Shown here: positions 63,273 through 64,000 of the stretch, one piece after another | Position numbering within the stretch: position 1 is the first letter of the stretch | How the letters are laid out: each line of letters starts with the position of its first letter | Assembly (NCBI GenBank): GCA_019414725.1 | Contig: DXLM01000006.1 | Span: 4,851-68,850, forward strand | Origin: Bacteroides sp. | GTDB taxonomy: Bacteria; Bacteroidota; Bacteroidia; Bacteroidales; Bacteroidaceae | DNA: 64,000 nt | Direction: 5' to 3' | Notes under the pieces: model-generated | What the model was told of the DNA's origin: nothing | The model's database searches: none | Seen by the model: only the letters and a program-made list of their open reading frames with translations | Translations under genes and position numbers: made by a program

Positions 63273-64000
63273 GTGTCTGCAAAAAATCGGGTAAGCCCTA
63301 ACTTCGCTCAGCCAGAACTTGCCCATCTCCCTAATTTTTTGTATCTTAGGGCATCAAGTAAGATATCCCAAAGATAATGTTTAAAAGTTACACATCCAAC
63401 GATAATCTGCTTTTACCTCCATGTTTAGGCGATTTTATTCCCCAGAACGATCCGGTCCGGGTTGTTCACCGTATCATTGAACAGATAAACCTTGAAGAAC
63501 TTAACCGCAGGTATTCTCCTAAAGGCTGTTCTGCGTATCACCCGCGCATGATGCTTCAGATTCTTGTCTATGCTTATCTGCGTAATATCTATTCCAGCCG
63601 TCGCATAGAAGAGTTCTGTCGCAATGACATCCGCTTCATGTGGCTTACCGGCAATTTGACTCCTGATCATAATACCATCAACCGTTTCCGTAGCAGCCGG
63701 CTGAAGGATGTGCTGAAGACAATATTTGCCACCATTGTAAAATTCCTCGTGTCGGAAGGTTTTGTAAGTCTGGATGTGGCCTGTACCGACGGAACGAAGA
63801 TGGAGGCGAACGCCAACCGTTATACGTTCGTCTGGGGCAAGTCCATACATACCCGCATATCCAGAATCGCTGAACAGCTTGAGGAGATATGGCGGTACGC
63901 CGAGTCCGTCACTAAGCAGGAGCTGCGTGATTCCACTCCGGTTACATATCAGGATATCACCCCGGAGAAAGTGGAAAAGGCACTCGGGCAGATAGATGAT
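63238..64000 (+). mobile_element. IS1182-family insertion sequence (partial)
   Basis: Transposase ORF; left end estimated at the GGCTGTCTCAAA hairpin (uncertain). Confidence 0.7.
63377..64000 (+). CDS. IS1182-family transposase (runs off the window)
   Basis: Manual translation MFKSYTSNDNLLLPPCLGDFIPQNDPVR...YHPRMMLQILVYAY...SSRRIE...PDHNTINRFR...DGTKMEANANRY. Confidence 0.92.
   Translation, partial: MFKSYTSNDNLLLPPCLGDFIPQNDPVRVVHRIIEQINLEELNRRYSPKGCSAYHPRMMLQILVYAYLRNIYSSRRIEEFCRNDIRFMWLTGNLTPDHNTINRFRSSRLKDVLKTIFATIVKFLVSEGFVSLDVACTDGTKMEANANRYTFVWGKSIHTRISRIAEQLEEIWRYAESVTKQELRDSTPVTYQDITPEKVEKALGQIDD

Larger units (their letters stand above)
60648..64000. mobile_element. Putative left part of a decayed integrative element or genomic island
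   Basis: Recombinase similarity stops abruptly, followed by GGTAACTATTTAGAAACGAG, gene fragments and an IS; right boundary not in the window. Confidence 0.5.

Overview
64-kb chromosomal window from a gut Bacteroidales bacterium. The gene order, the Bacteroidetes TTTG/TAnnTTTG promoters and the SusC/SusD pair suggest a Phocaeicola/Bacteroides genome; the genus is inferred, not verified by search. Positions 1-59400 are mostly core genome: mazG, valS, an ECF sigma/anti-sigma module, secA, an envelope biogenesis cluster (DUF4105/Lnb-like, coaX, beta-barrel OMP, TPR, lptC, CNNM/HlyC, SurA/PpiD), the ilvD-B-N-thioesterase-C operon, slyD, TlpA-SusC-SusD, a radical-SAM/DUF4130 pair, truA, the phoH-purC-ubiE-aroE-lemA-aroC run, xpt-permease, an AmgK/RapZ-C fusion with murU, metH and smpB. 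From about 59750 the window is accessory DNA. A tyrosine recombinase is cut at its catalytic HxxR-equivalent motif by what looks like the end of an integrative element. It is followed by decayed gene fragments (second integrase C-terminus, apbE, araC, possible TonB-receptor tail), a small secreted protein gene with a sigma-54-like promoter, and the 5' part of an IS1182-family element. Signals read directly from the DNA include two mirror-image ECF promoters (TGTAACCTCT-N11-GCGTCTAAT), a complete Ile/Val/Leu attenuator with a 24-aa leader missing from the ORF track, an apparently inactive alkaline-phosphatase homologue coupled to Lnb upstream of secA, and several intergenic repeat families. No rRNA, tRNA or CRISPR array was seen. 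Family assignments come from motif recognition, not database searches.
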